Part shown: positions 50,295 to 60,808 of the stretch, one piece after another
Position numbering within the stretch: position 1 is the first letter of the stretch
Layout: each line of letters begins with the position of its first letter
Source: Selaginella moellendorffii
Taxonomy: Eukaryota; Plantae; Lycopodiophyta
Reading direction: 5' to 3'
NCBI RefSeq assembly: GCF_000143415.4
Contig: NW_003314273.1
Location: 1,766,052 to 1,830,051 of the forward strand
Length of the DNA: 64,000 bases
The notes under the pieces: generated by a model
Seen by the model: the letters and a program-made list of their open reading frames with translations, nothing else
Database searches by the model: none
What the model was told of the DNA's origin: nothing
Position numbers and translations under genes: made by a program

Positions 50295-51611
50295 CTACTG
50301 CTTGGTGTCCTTAAACCACCAGTTTGCTTGAACTCCAAGCTCTGCCTTGAGAAAGTCCGATCTCTTGTTCACCAGTGCGATATCCCGGGTGCCCGAGACA
50401 CTGAAGGGCTTGCTTGGCCCTTGGTAGCCATCAACCAGGTGAAGCAAGGCCTCCAAGTTGTGCAGATCGGTCAAGCCACCATCTTCCCTCAGAAACGGAG
50501 AGATGTCGCTGCTGAGCTCAAACTCGGTGCCAACATGGGTGTAGGCCCATGGGAACCTGTGGAAGATGAGCGAGACGATATCGCTGCTGTCCTCGTTCAC
50601 AATCACCCCTGGAACTTTGGGCACCAGGTCTGCGGCATTGCGTGTCTGGAGGACTTTGAGCCCGAGCTCGAGGCACCTGTTCTTGAAACCCCGGTTCCCA
50701 ACTCGGGGTGCCGAGAATGTGAAAACGGACACCGGGGTATTGCTCCCGGGCAGCCCAAGCTCTGTCACGTCGTAGGCGCTGAGGAGTGCAAGCGCGCCAC
50801 CCAGGCTGTGGCCCGTGAACGTGATACTCAGCTGCTCACCCTGGTAGAGCCCGACCAATCGCTTGATCTCCGAGTGGAGATGCTGCCTCGCGCTCATCCC
50901 GTCGTGATCGCCGGGGACTGGAGACGTGTAGATGCTGAGAAATCCGGTCTCCACTTTCACGCCTTTGGTGTTGTGATCCGTGGGGTCGAGCCCGGTGGGG
51001 CGGAGGAGATCCTTGAGGTTCTCGATCCACTCGAGCTGCGTCACCGTCCCGCGCCAGGCCACCACAATGTCGCGGCGTCCCAACCGTCGGATGGCCTCGT
51101 CCGACGTGGCAACCGCCACGAAGCCCATCCAGTTGGTGTCCGACGTCCACGAGTCGTCGCCGGGTTGGGCGTTGGAATTGGAGCGCTTGAAGAAGCTGGG
51201 CAAACCCAGCTGCGATGTTGCGTAGAGATAGGCCGTGATTTCGTATCCCGTGCTTGGGAGTCCCACGGATTGGAGGAGCTCCTCCTTGGAGAACTTCGTG
51301 TCTCCACAGAATTCCGAGCCCTCGCTGTATTCGAAGCCGTCGTAGCAAACCTGCGCAAATTCGCCGTATCGGATGATCTCCCGCCGGAGCCGCTCGTCGA
51401 TGGAGGCGTTGGCGGGCGGGAGGAGCGGACTCCAGTGGCATGCATCCCGCCAGCCTGACAGCTGCGTCTCCTCCAGCTCCACAACCCGCGCGCCATGACC
51501 ATCTCCATCAGATCTCTCCAACGTTTTTCTCTTGAAAGAGAATGACAATAAATCTCCTTCTCTCTCCAACGTCCTTCTCTTGAATGACAGTGACAATGGA
51601 ACTCGTGCCAT
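50295..51611 (-). CDS. Phospholipase A1 (DAD1-like, lipase class 3), intronless
   Basis: LRREIIRYGEFAQVCY, NWMGFVAV, GRRDIVVAWRGT, TGHSLGGALA, DLVPKVPG, YTHVG, HNLE. Confidence 0.93.
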   Translation of the reverse strand: MARVPLSLSFKRRTLEREGDLLSFSFKRKTLERSDGDGHGARVVELEETQLSGWRDACHWSPLLPPANASIDERLRREIIRYGEFAQVCYDGFEYSEGSEFCGDTKFSKEELLQSVGLPSTGYEITAYLYATSQLGLPSFFKRSNSNAQPGDDSWTSDTNWMGFVAVATSDEAIRRLGRRDIVVAWRGTVTQLEWIENLKDLLRPTGLDPTDHNTKGVKVETGFLSIYTSPVPGDHDGMSARQHLHSEIKRLVGLYQGEQLSITFTGHSLGGALALLSAYDVTELGLPGSNTPVSVFTFSAPRVGNRGFKNRCLELGLKVLQTRNAADLVPKVPGVIVNEDSSDIVSLIFHRFPWAYTHVGTEFELSSDISPFLREDGGLTDLHNLEALLHLVDGYQGPSKPFSVSGTRDIALVNKRSDFLKAELGVQANWWFKDTKQ

Positions 51612-52012
51612 GATCTCGATGCTTGCTCCCGAGGCTTTGATGGGCTTGGAAATTGTTGATACGCCTATCGATCGATCAGCTCCTCCTTGGCGAGTATGGT
51701 TGCAATGAATCAGATGATCGCTTCATAAAGAACTTCTCCCCTTCTTGTTTCTCCCTTCGTGTAAATTGCTGGTGGAATGCTGAGATTGTGGCAGAGGATT
51801 TATAGCAGTATAACAGTCAAAATTCAAACCACACCACCCCACAGGGTCAATCATATGCAAGGAGGCATTGCGTATTTGATTAGAAGACTTTCACTGAACT
51901 TTCACTCTTCATTCTCATCTAGAGGGAATTATAAATTCAAGTGACATAATGAATTTTCAGTACAAAGTTGAACATCAATGCTGATTAACACATTGCATAT
52001 GACACGGCAATA

Positions 52013-52130
52013 GTGTGGTGGCACCACTCTATGGAGCCTTTTTTCAATCAAGACTCTAAGTGGTTCATCAAGGAGATGATTAAGTACCTGGGGTTGGAAT
52101 TTCCAATTGATGCATATGACTAGCAGCTTT
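52013..52130 (+). pseudogene. Inverted, decayed fragment of the neighbouring RING gene
   Basis: Reads VVAPL..EPFFNQDSKWFIKEMIKYLGLEFPIDAYD*QL versus RING VVAPLLEPFLDRDSGRFVKEMIKYLATGLPIDAYDRQL (53048-53165). Confidence 0.85.
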
Positions 52131-52328
52131 GAATTTTGGAGAAGCTTTACAAAGCTCATGAAGATTGGCATCAATTTAAGTATCTTCAAATAGGTGAATA
52201 AATTGAGTGAATCAACCAAGTGGTTGAGGACATGCTAAGATGCACTATTCATAAGTAGAATAACTTTTTATTTTTTGTAAAGTTTTTCTATAACAACAAC
52301 TAGCATAGTGGCACTAAGATATAAGACA

Positions 52329-52617
52329 TTCGCTGTATTCGAAGCTGTCGTAGCAAGCCTGCGCGAATTCGCCGTATCGGATGATCTCCCGCCGGAGCCG
52401 CTCGTCGATGGAGGCGTTGGCGGGCGGGAGGAGCGGACTCCAGTGGATCGCGCCAGCCTGAGCTCAGCGCCAGCTGCGTCTCCTCCAGCTCCAGCGCGCC
52501 ATGACCATCTCCTTCAGATCTCTCCAACTTTCTTCTCTTGAATGAGAATGACAATGAATCTCCTTCTCTCTCCAACGTCCTTCTCTTGAATGACAGTGAC
52601 AATGAAACTCGTGCCAT
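52329..52617 (-). pseudogene. Truncated, frameshifted 5' duplicate of the PLA1 gene
   Basis: Near-identical to 51322-51611 with indels. Homology stops abruptly at 52329. Confidence 0.88.
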
Positions 52618-52951
52618 GATCTCGATGCTCGCTCCCGAGGCTTTGATGGGCTTGGACAATTGTTGATACGCCTATCGATCAATCAGCTTCTCCTTGGCGA
52701 GTATGGTTGCAATGAATCAGATGATCGCTTCCTAAAGAACTCTTGTTTCTCCCATCGTGTAGATTGCTGCTGAAATAGAGGATTTATAGAAGTATCGCTT
52801 TCGGAGTTTGCCACCGGGTCAAAAGAAGCATATACGAAATTCTCGCGTTGATCTCTTCTCTTCATGGAAACATAACAGTCAAAATTCAACCAGGGTATCG
52901 AGTAACGCAAGGAGGTATCGAGTCTTTGACCAGAAGACTTTCACTCAACTT

Positions 52952-53692
52952 TCACTCTTCATTCTCATCCGTCCAGTAAAGCAAACTAGTTGCGAGGTCG
53001 GGATCACTGTTCTCCTCCACCATCATCGCATCCTTTTCGTTTCCCTGGAGCTGGCGATCATAGGCGTCGATTGGAAGTCCCGTCGCCAGGTACTTGATCA
53101 TCTCCTTGACGAACCGCCCGGAGTCTCGATCGAGGAAAGGCTCCAAGAGTGGTGCTACCACTCTCTCGCAATCCATGGCTGCCGCTGGGGATCGCGCCAT
53201 GTCGCTCAGGTTCTTTCTCCCACTTGTCCTCAGCAGTCTCTCCAATGCCCCCTTGACGAGATGTGCCACCAGCGTCACATCTCTGTCTAGCATCAGCGCT
53301 TGGACCTCCCTCACGATCCAATCCCACAGGTACTTGGTGCAATCCCTCCCCGTCCCAGCCGCCCTGACGACATCCCCCTCGAATTCCTGGCTGTAGCGCT
53401 TGCGCCGCCACATCTGTGCCGGCGTGAGCGCGAGCTTGTGCGTGCTCCGATGGGGATGCACAAGACAGTGCCTGGAGAAGACACTCACCCCGTCCTCCAT
53501 GGCCACGCCGTGGACGAGCGAATCATAGCCCCCCTTGCAGATTGGGCATCGCAGGAATTCGCCGGTGGAAGAGTAGGCCAGCATCGCCTCCGACCACGTG
53601 AGAATGCAGGGGTAGCAGAAGCCATGGAAGCAGCCATCCACGAACGCGGGATCGCTGCGCTCGTCCGCCAAGCAAATCGCACAACCCACCAT
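52952..53692 (-). CDS. C3HC4 RING E3 ligase (Topors-like), intronless
   Basis: CAICL...CFHGFCYPCILTW...CPICK and WIVREVQAL. Confidence 0.85.
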   Translation of the reverse strand: MVGCAICLADERSDPAFVDGCFHGFCYPCILTWSEAMLAYSSTGEFLRCPICKGGYDSLVHGVAMEDGVSVFSRHCLVHPHRSTHKLALTPAQMWRRKRYSQEFEGDVVRAAGTGRDCTKYLWDWIVREVQALMLDRDVTLVAHLVKGALERLLRTSGRKNLSDMARSPAAAMDCERVVAPLLEPFLDRDSGRFVKEMIKYLATGLPIDAYDRQLQGNEKDAMMVEENSDPDLATSLLYWTDENEE

Positions 53693-53920
53693 GTGCCCTA
53701 AAACTCAAAACCCTAAACGAAGCATATCCATTTTCAAAAAGCAAGGCGTCAATGGTTTCGCAAGCACGGCTTCTCGAAGACAAGCCAGGCCTTTTGCCTG
53801 GAAATTCTCGCCCGGAAAGTCATTGTTGTTCATCAGTCTACATAGTCCCATCTAAAAGGCGTAGAGAGTCCACTTCTAAGTAAGTGATCCTGAGCAAATT
53901 CCAATCTCATTTCGATCGCT

Positions 53921-54940
53921 ATGGCTGGCGGCGTGGAGATGTTCGAACTGGAGCTGGCAGCGGGGTTGGAGTCCCTGGCCACGGGCAACGGCAGCTACCT
54001 GAGCTTGGCATGGATCCAACAAGCGCTGGATCTGGTGAGCCACACACAGGGCGAGATGATGGCGCTGGTGCCCGATCACCTCCAGCAAGCCTTGCAGGAT
54101 CGGGACGCCAATTGGCTGCGCGCGTGCGTGTGCGACACGGACAAACTCCTGGGCGTGTGTGACGTTCTGGTCAGGAGTATCGCCGACGTCCGCTACTACC
54201 AGATGTTTGTGCAGCTGGCCTTGCAATCGGTACAAAGCAGGAAGGCGATGCGCGCTCGGCAGCTCCTCGACAGCTGCATTCGCACGATGCCCCTCTTGTC
54301 CACCAGCAGCATCGTCGACAGCAACGAGACGAGCCGCCTCAGCTTGCAGAGGGCCAACCTCGAAAGGGGCATTCAAACTCTCCTGGCTATCTGGGAATTC
54401 GAAGCTGATGGTGGAAGAACAACACTACAGCTAGACCAGGAGGTCGAGGAGCTTGATGATGGTAGCCGGGTTTTCCTCTCCACTCTCCACGGCACCAGAA
54501 GCACATCCATCTTCGTGCTCCTGGTTCTCGCGGTCGGGCTCACCGTCCGGCCCAGGCTGCCAAGCAAGGAGCGGAGATCCCAGCCCCTCGGCATCCGCGC
54601 TAGCAAAGAACCCCTCTGGCTCGATCCGCTCGTGCGCCTGCTCAAGAGCGTCAAAGAGGAGATCAGCAGCCGGAACGAGCAGGCGCCATTCTCTTTCCTG
54701 TGCGAGCTCCAGAGTGTGGATCAATGGGTCCGACAGCTGCGCGCCCTCATTATCCACGGGGATCCGCAGGACGACCGCGCACTGGCGGACTGCGTCAAGG
54801 CGCTCAAGAACAGCGTGGATCAAGTGGAGTTGGCGTTGCCGCTCATCGAGGCGCAGGTGATCCAGATCCGCAACATTATCACCTCCATCCGCACCATCGT
54901 GCTGCATCTCCTCCACAAGAGCAAGAAAAAGATGGTTTAA
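53921..54940 (+). CDS. BPS1/ROH1-like (DUF793) protein, intronless
   Basis: YLSLAWIQQALDLV, WLRACVCDTDKLLGVCD, LWLDPL, LCEL; all-helical profile. Confidence 0.7.
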   Translation: MAGGVEMFELELAAGLESLATGNGSYLSLAWIQQALDLVSHTQGEMMALVPDHLQQALQDRDANWLRACVCDTDKLLGVCDVLVRSIADVRYYQMFVQLALQSVQSRKAMRARQLLDSCIRTMPLLSTSSIVDSNETSRLSLQRANLERGIQTLLAIWEFEADGGRTTLQLDQEVEELDDGSRVFLSTLHGTRSTSIFVLLVLAVGLTVRPRLPSKERRSQPLGIRASKEPLWLDPLVRLLKSVKEEISSRNEQAPFSFLCELQSVDQWVRQLRALIIHGDPQDDRALADCVKALKNSVDQVELALPLIEAQVIQIRNIITSIRTIVLHLLHKSKKKMV

Positions 54941-55009
54941 AAGAGTTCTACAGAAAATGTGGTAGTTTCTTTGGGAAATCTCCTAGGAATATCCGTCCTG
55001 TTTCAAATT

Positions 55010-55429
55010 CTAGCAGTCGTATGATCCCGGTCCCGGATTTCCGTCGTCCTTGCGGTAACTGAATCGCTTCTCCGTGCCGAACTTAAAAGATGCCGCGGAT
55101 GCCCTCCTGGAATTCGATTGGTGCCCCTGTGTTTGCATCGCGAGAAATCCCAGTTGAAAGAGGGAAGGGAATAAAAACACACACACACAAGCGGCAGAGA
55201 TCATCAGAGTCGTGGAAAACTTTTTTCTCATGTTGTGTGCCGCTGGAAGTACCATGGATGATTCAGTCGAGCATGGGTCATCGCCCTTGGTGGTGCATTG
55301 CTGCTGCGGCGGCTGCTGCTGCTGCTGCTGCTTCTCCGCTGGTTTCTTGGGCGAGGACGGATTGTTCTTGGCGGCATTGCTCTTGGCGCCAGCTTTGCCC
55401 GTGGGAGACGGCGGCGATTTCTCGCTCAT
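55010..55429 (-). CDS. Small sperm-tail PG-rich (SHIPPO/STPG)-repeat protein
   Basis: ACGHQSNSRRASAASFKFGTEKRF...NPGPGSY after removing a probable short intron. Confidence 0.65.
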   Translation of the reverse strand: MSEKSPPSPTGKAGAKSNAAKNNPSSPKKPAEKQQQQQQPPQQQCTTKGDDPCSTESSMVLPAAHNMRKKFSTTLMISAACVCVFLFPSLFQLGFLAMQTQGHQSNSRRASAASFKFGTEKRFSYRKDDGNPGPGSYDC

Positions 55430-55535
55430 TGCGCTGTTGTGGGCGTTGTTTTCCCGCGCTTTGGCAATAAGGTCGGACGCACCCCTTCGCTATAGCTAAA
55501 ACATTTCTCACAAAAGGGTGTAGGGTTTAAAGAAG

Positions 55536-56575
55536 ATGCTTAATATTTTAGGTTCCAGCAGTTATGGCCGCTGCCTCTTGTCTGTGCAATCCGCCGGGGC
55601 TCGAGATCGCGCGGCGGCGGCGCCAGCGGCGGCCAAGCTCTTGCTTGTGACCGGCGCCGCGGCGGCATTCTGCTTGCTGGGCAATCCCCGCCCGGGCATT
55701 TGCGAGCTGCGATCGTCAATGCAAGCCTATTTTTAAGCGTGGACTATTTCAAGTAATCGATCGATCTATCTTGCTTTGCAGCTGCTCGGTGGTAGGCCGA
55801 GGTTACGAGTATCTGTATCCATCTTCTTGGAAGCGTGACAAGGTCAGAGGAATTGAGGTCGTGTTCTTTCTTTGCTTTTTCTCGTTTGTTTTGTCTTTTA
55901 TTCTGTGTGGCCGCTGGCCGCTGGCCGCTGGCAGCTTCTAGCGCATGATCCAGAGGCCAAGGAATTCAACTTGACAATTACGAGCGGACCAGCTCAGTTT
56001 GTAGTGCTGGGGTCACCAGAGGAGGTCTGAATAGTCCCACTAAATGGCGTCGCGTATAAGCTAATCTTCTGAGATCATTCATTCATGCCATTCCATCCCT
56101 CCAGGTTGGACGAGCACTACTCGCTCGCTACCAGACCGTGCCCGACGTGGAAAAGGTGCTCCGTTTTCTATCACGAGATAAGTTTTTCTTTTTCTAAACG
56201 CGTGTTTTACAGGCGGAGCTCTTGAAGGTGGACTCTTTCCCAGATCGTGACAATAGCAGGAGGTAATCTTAAATCCGGACACGGCATCCGAATCCTCTTT
56301 TGACTAAATCAGAAGCTATACGTTGGAGCTAAGGATTCTAGCGAACGATGAGCTGCGACATTTCCTGTTTAGAATCCTCAAGACAGAGAGCAAGGTTGGT
56401 GTATGTATAGTATCTAGAGTTCTTTTTCTTTTCTGCTTTTTCTTTCCTTTCTTGATACTGAAGCGTTTCTATCTAGGTGTATACACTCGTTCTTCAAGTA
56501 CCAGAAGGACAGTGGCCGGGCAGCGCGGACTGCGCACGGACGCTTTTAGACGGGCTGAGGGCTACCACAAATTGA
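55536..56575 (+). CDS. PsbP-domain thylakoid lumen protein (multi-exon; missed by the ORF track)
   Basis: Exons give GYEYLYPSSWK, LAHDPEAKEFNLTI...LGSPEEVGRAL, YTLEL...RH, and VYTLVLQVPEGQW...ARTLLDGL. Hydrophobic signal segment at the N-terminus. Confidence 0.75.
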
Positions 56576-56762
56576 CACCTAGTCTAATCATACCCAGTCA
56601 AGTCGGTGGACTGCTACAATTGGACCGAACAATACAATGGTGCTCGTGCATAAAGGTAAAGATAAAAGGATGCATGTCCTAATGGTGATTTGATTTAGTG
56701 CTGATCCGTTGTTGCCTTAAAAAGGTCTGGGAGACCTGAGATACTCTTTCGAGTCCCGAAAC

Positions 56763-58412
56763 ATGAAGTTCGAGCTCAGCTACCATAGCTTCCTGCTGGT
56801 TCTGCTCGTTGTGGTAGGGGTTTACACGGTTCTCACAATGAATGGATCCACATCTTTCCAGCTGTATCGTCCCACTCCAGCTCCAGATTGCACAGGTGAA
56901 ATCTCCAGAAGAGGGGGAATCAAGACAGAAACACCAACAGGAGGATCGCTGTCAGCGGCAGAGAATCTGGAAGCAGCACCGGCAGCAGCAGGAGCGCTCC
57001 CCTTGAAGGCAAGAGCAACAGACAGTCCAAGTCCAAGAACAACGCTCGCAAACATAGTTTTCGGCCTTGCGGCAGGCTTCGAGGTTTGGGACAAGAGGAA
57101 AGGCTACATCCAGGCATGGTGGAGGCCGGAGATGCGAGGGGCGGTGTGGCTGGACAAGATGGTAGCCAGATCCAGCGAGGACAATTTGCCTCCGCTCATG
57201 GTGTCCGAGGACACCTCCCGGTTCAACTACACTTATTCGGGACCTCCGAACAAGCGTCAGAAGCAGCAGCTTCGGATGTGCCGGACTGCCGTGGAGATGT
57301 TCCGGTTGAGGCTTCCGGATGTGCACTGGTTTGTCGTCGGGGACGATGACACAGTGTTTCTCGCCGACAACGTGGCAAGAGTTCTGTCCAAGTATGATCA
57401 CACCAAGTTTTACTACATTGGTGGCATCTCCGAGACGCACCGGCAGAACACCGTGGATGGCTGCTGCACGGGCAACATGGCCTACGGTGGTGCCGGCTAC
57501 GCCATCAGCTATCCCCTGGTCGAGGAGCTGAGCGAGATTCTGGACGAGTGCATGGAAAGGTACGCTGATCTCTACGGAGGGAGCTCCAGAATTCATGCGT
57601 GCTTGTTGGAGCTGGGAGTTCCACTGATCAAAGAGCCTGGCTTCCATCAGGTACGACTTTTTCTTGTGATTTCTGGATCGGAAAAAGTGTTTCTTCTTTC
57701 GTGTTTTCGCAGCTGGATATCAACGGAGACGCATCCGGCATCCTGGGTGCTCATCCCATTGCTCCGTTGCTCTCGCTGCACCACCTGGACCGGATCGACC
57801 CACTGTTTCCAGGGATGTCACGGCAGAAATCGGTGGAGCATCTGCTCCAGGCAGCAGGCGTCGATCCAGGCGGGGTGCTGCAGCAGGCGGTGTGCTACAG
57901 CAAGCAGCAGAGTTGGTCGATCCAAGTCTCATGGGGATGGGCTGTGCAAGTCACGCGACTTTTGCTTGCTCCACGAGTGCTCGAGAATCCACTAAGGACG
58001 TTCGCTGGCTGGGGAGTCCCGAGCCTGGACGAATCATTCGGCTTCAGGACAAGAGCGGTGCCAAGGGACTCGTGCGAGCGGCCAACCATGTTCTTCATGC
58101 ACACCGTCGTGCCTCAGCGCAATGGACAGTCTTTCAGTAACTACTCGAGGGGCGGTGCCAGCCAATGCAGGAGAAAGGACGCACTGTCCAAGATCAATTT
58201 GATCAGTGTCGAGAAACAAGCCGTGCACGACTCCTGGTACCAGGTTATGACGACTACTTTTCTTCTTCGATTGGATTTCAATCTGGATGGTTCTTTTTCT
58301 TTTGTCTCAGGCACCTCGGAGACAGTGCTGCAAGATCATCAAGTCGAGCAAGCACACACTAGAGCTGTCCATCAGGACGTGCCAGAAAGGCGAGTTATCA
58401 GCCATCTTATAA
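56763..58412 (+). CDS. Fringe-like glycosyltransferase (DUF604, GT31-related), 3 exons
   Basis: Type II TM anchor, IVFG...W..RKGYIQAWWRP, WFVVGDDDTVF, MAYGGAGYAISYPL, EPGFHQ-LD, HPIAPLLSLHHLD, APRRQCC. Confidence 0.92.
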
Positions 58413-58662
58413 CTAACTTGGAGAACGATTATATTAGCCTCCAAGCACAGACGCTACAGCCGGTAAGTTGGAACCTTTGAAGCTCACGAAAGAAAAGCTC
58501 TCACTTTTTTGCGTTCCATGTTCATAACCAGTGATACTTCTACACTGGTAAGAAAAAAGTTTTACATACACTTTTTTCTTTCCGGCTCTCTTAGGCAGCT
58601 AGATTCTCGCCGTGGAAAGAGGAAGCCTGACGAAACGGCTCACAAAGAAATGCTTGAGTAAC

Positions 58663-60462
58663 TTACTTGTCTGCACACTCAACTTGCGTTGTAAAAACTG
58701 CGCTCACTGGCCGATGATCCGAGATTCTGTACTCGGAGCGCAAGTAGGCGATCTGGTCGAGCCCCTTTCCCAGCCACAGAATGCGGTCACACCTGTACGA
58801 GAGAGAATCAATAGAAGTTTTTTTTAAAGTTCTCTCCACTTAAACAATTGACATACCATGCAGGAACGCGTGTTCTTCCATTCGCAGACGCGCCGTTCAT
58901 CGTATAGGCATCGGAATCGGGGATGTACTTGTATGTTGGCGCGAATTTGATGTGTCCCTCTTTCCAGCCTTCGAAAACGCGACCTTTTCCTTGCTGTGCT
59001 TTGAGCTGAAGAGGCAAACAGTCGTATAGGCTTAGCTATCAAAGTCTAAAGGTTTTTGGAGACTACCTGATCCTTCGCTAGAAGAGAAGAATAGTCCTGG
59101 TTTTCAATAAGTCGCATTGTCTCGTCGCTGGAGAGAGCAACCCGATAGTTGAGATCTCCAAGCCAGATTATCCTTCTGTGAATTGAAAACAGAGAAATAA
59201 GATTCAAGTCACGTCGACGTGAATGAGATTTGCTCTAAAATACTTACTCGTGCTCTAAAATAGTCTGGGGTAGAGTTTGCGAGACTCTGAGAGAACGTGG
59301 AAAGCTAGTCCTGCGCAAGATCTCCCTCACGTCCGTGTTTCTGCGCTTGTCATCTTCTTCTCTGTCTCCCGAAGTCAAATGTGAACAGATGAAGCAGAAG
59401 CTTGTTCGGTGGATGGACAAGCTCACCGAAATGGATCCCTGAGAGAAGGTACAACCAGCAAAGGTTGGCCACAGTTAAAAACGAGAAAGTCTTACCTTGT
59501 TTCCAAGGTAGCCAAAAATTCCACAACCAACGGAGGAAACCTTGACGTTGTTGACAACGTGACGAATCTCACGTCGGATCCAAACGCTGATAAAAAGTCC
59601 GACCATCTGTTTGCTCGCAATCCGGACATACTGTCCGGGAAACTTGCTGTCCTCGGAGAAATCTGGAGACATGAGCGGTGCGATGAGAGGCTGTTTCTCC
59701 CCAACGTAACCAAGTGTTGATGCTGTCTCGTCCTCTTGTGTCCATGATGCTCTCCTAGAGCCATGATTCAGAGTGTGCCGTATCAAAGTTTCCCATACTA
59801 CAGCTGGAGTGTCATCCTCAACTCCAAACACATTTGCAACATTTAGAGGCACAATCTCTTGGAAGCTGTGGGAATAACAAGCGTCAGGAGAAGGACAAAC
59901 GAACGAGCTGGAAATACCCGAAGACGTAGATATCAGCCGGTGTCTGGGAGCAGACCCAGCTACTTAAATCCAGAGACGATGGAGGAATCCGTCCGCCGAC
60001 GTTCCAGGTTCCGGCGTGTATCCTAGCACAAGATTTTCGAGAACTTTCAGGCAAAGACAAGAGAGAGTCCTCAAGGCGACTGGGTGATCAGTACCGGAAG
60101 TTTTGGAACGCGGTTGAAAGAGCTACCGGCGTTTGATAACTCCTGGAATATAATCCAGCCCCAGATTCATCTATAACAAGAACAAAAAAACATAACAAAG
60201 TCGTTTAGCAACGAGAGAAACAAACAAACAAGCAAATGGATTGATTATACCTTCACTCTCGCAGTCAGAGCATCGCCATTCATCCGCATTGAACTCATAG
60301 TCACAAGATCTCCATGGCAGAAGCTTCCTCAAGAAGTGGCAGCAGCCGAGGCAGTCGCAATTCCACAACCCAGCTGCCTGCAAGCAAGAAAAAGAGAGAA
60401 CAAAATGCTCAGTTTAGGATCCAAAACTCTCCCAATAGCAAGCTTACCTCGCTGCTCTTCAT
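58663..60462 (-). CDS. Type I inositol polyphosphate 5-phosphatase (termini approximate)
   Basis: GTWNVGG, DIYVF, FQEIVPLN, SKQMVG, GYLGNKG, CSHLTSG, WLGDLNYR, FAPTYKY, RVPAWCDRILW, SDHRPV. Confidence 0.93.
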
Positions 60463-60808
60463 CTCACCGTTCTTGACCTAGTCTTACCATGGAAAGATCA
60501 CAAAATCTTAGCACAAATCGACCCAAACCATCAAGCCTCTCGAAGAAAACTGAAGCAATCAAAGAATGGGGGCAAAGGGAAAAACAAACCCGAGCTTATA
60601 TACAACCTCCACGTGTACCATTTGAATAGCCATGGCGGGTATTCCGTGCCAAAAAGGCCGCGGAAATATCACAAAAAGTATCACGAAACTCACCACTAAG
60701 AAATTCAAGCTTAGAGTCGCGGCCGGCCACGTAAAGCTCACAAATCTGCCTCCAAATCTCTTGTTGCGATCCAAATCGACTAATAAATCCTTACTTTTGC
60801 TGTTGCTG

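Noticed and set aside
50268-51458. 396-aa plus-strand ORF antisense to PLA1, and similar ORFs over the PPR genes
   Set aside because: Same antisense shadow effect; the sense genes fully explain the sequence.
34533-55429. Physical cluster of ciliary genes (vasohibin + STPG)
   Set aside because: They are 19 kb and more than ten unrelated genes apart; co-occurrence is plausibly chance.
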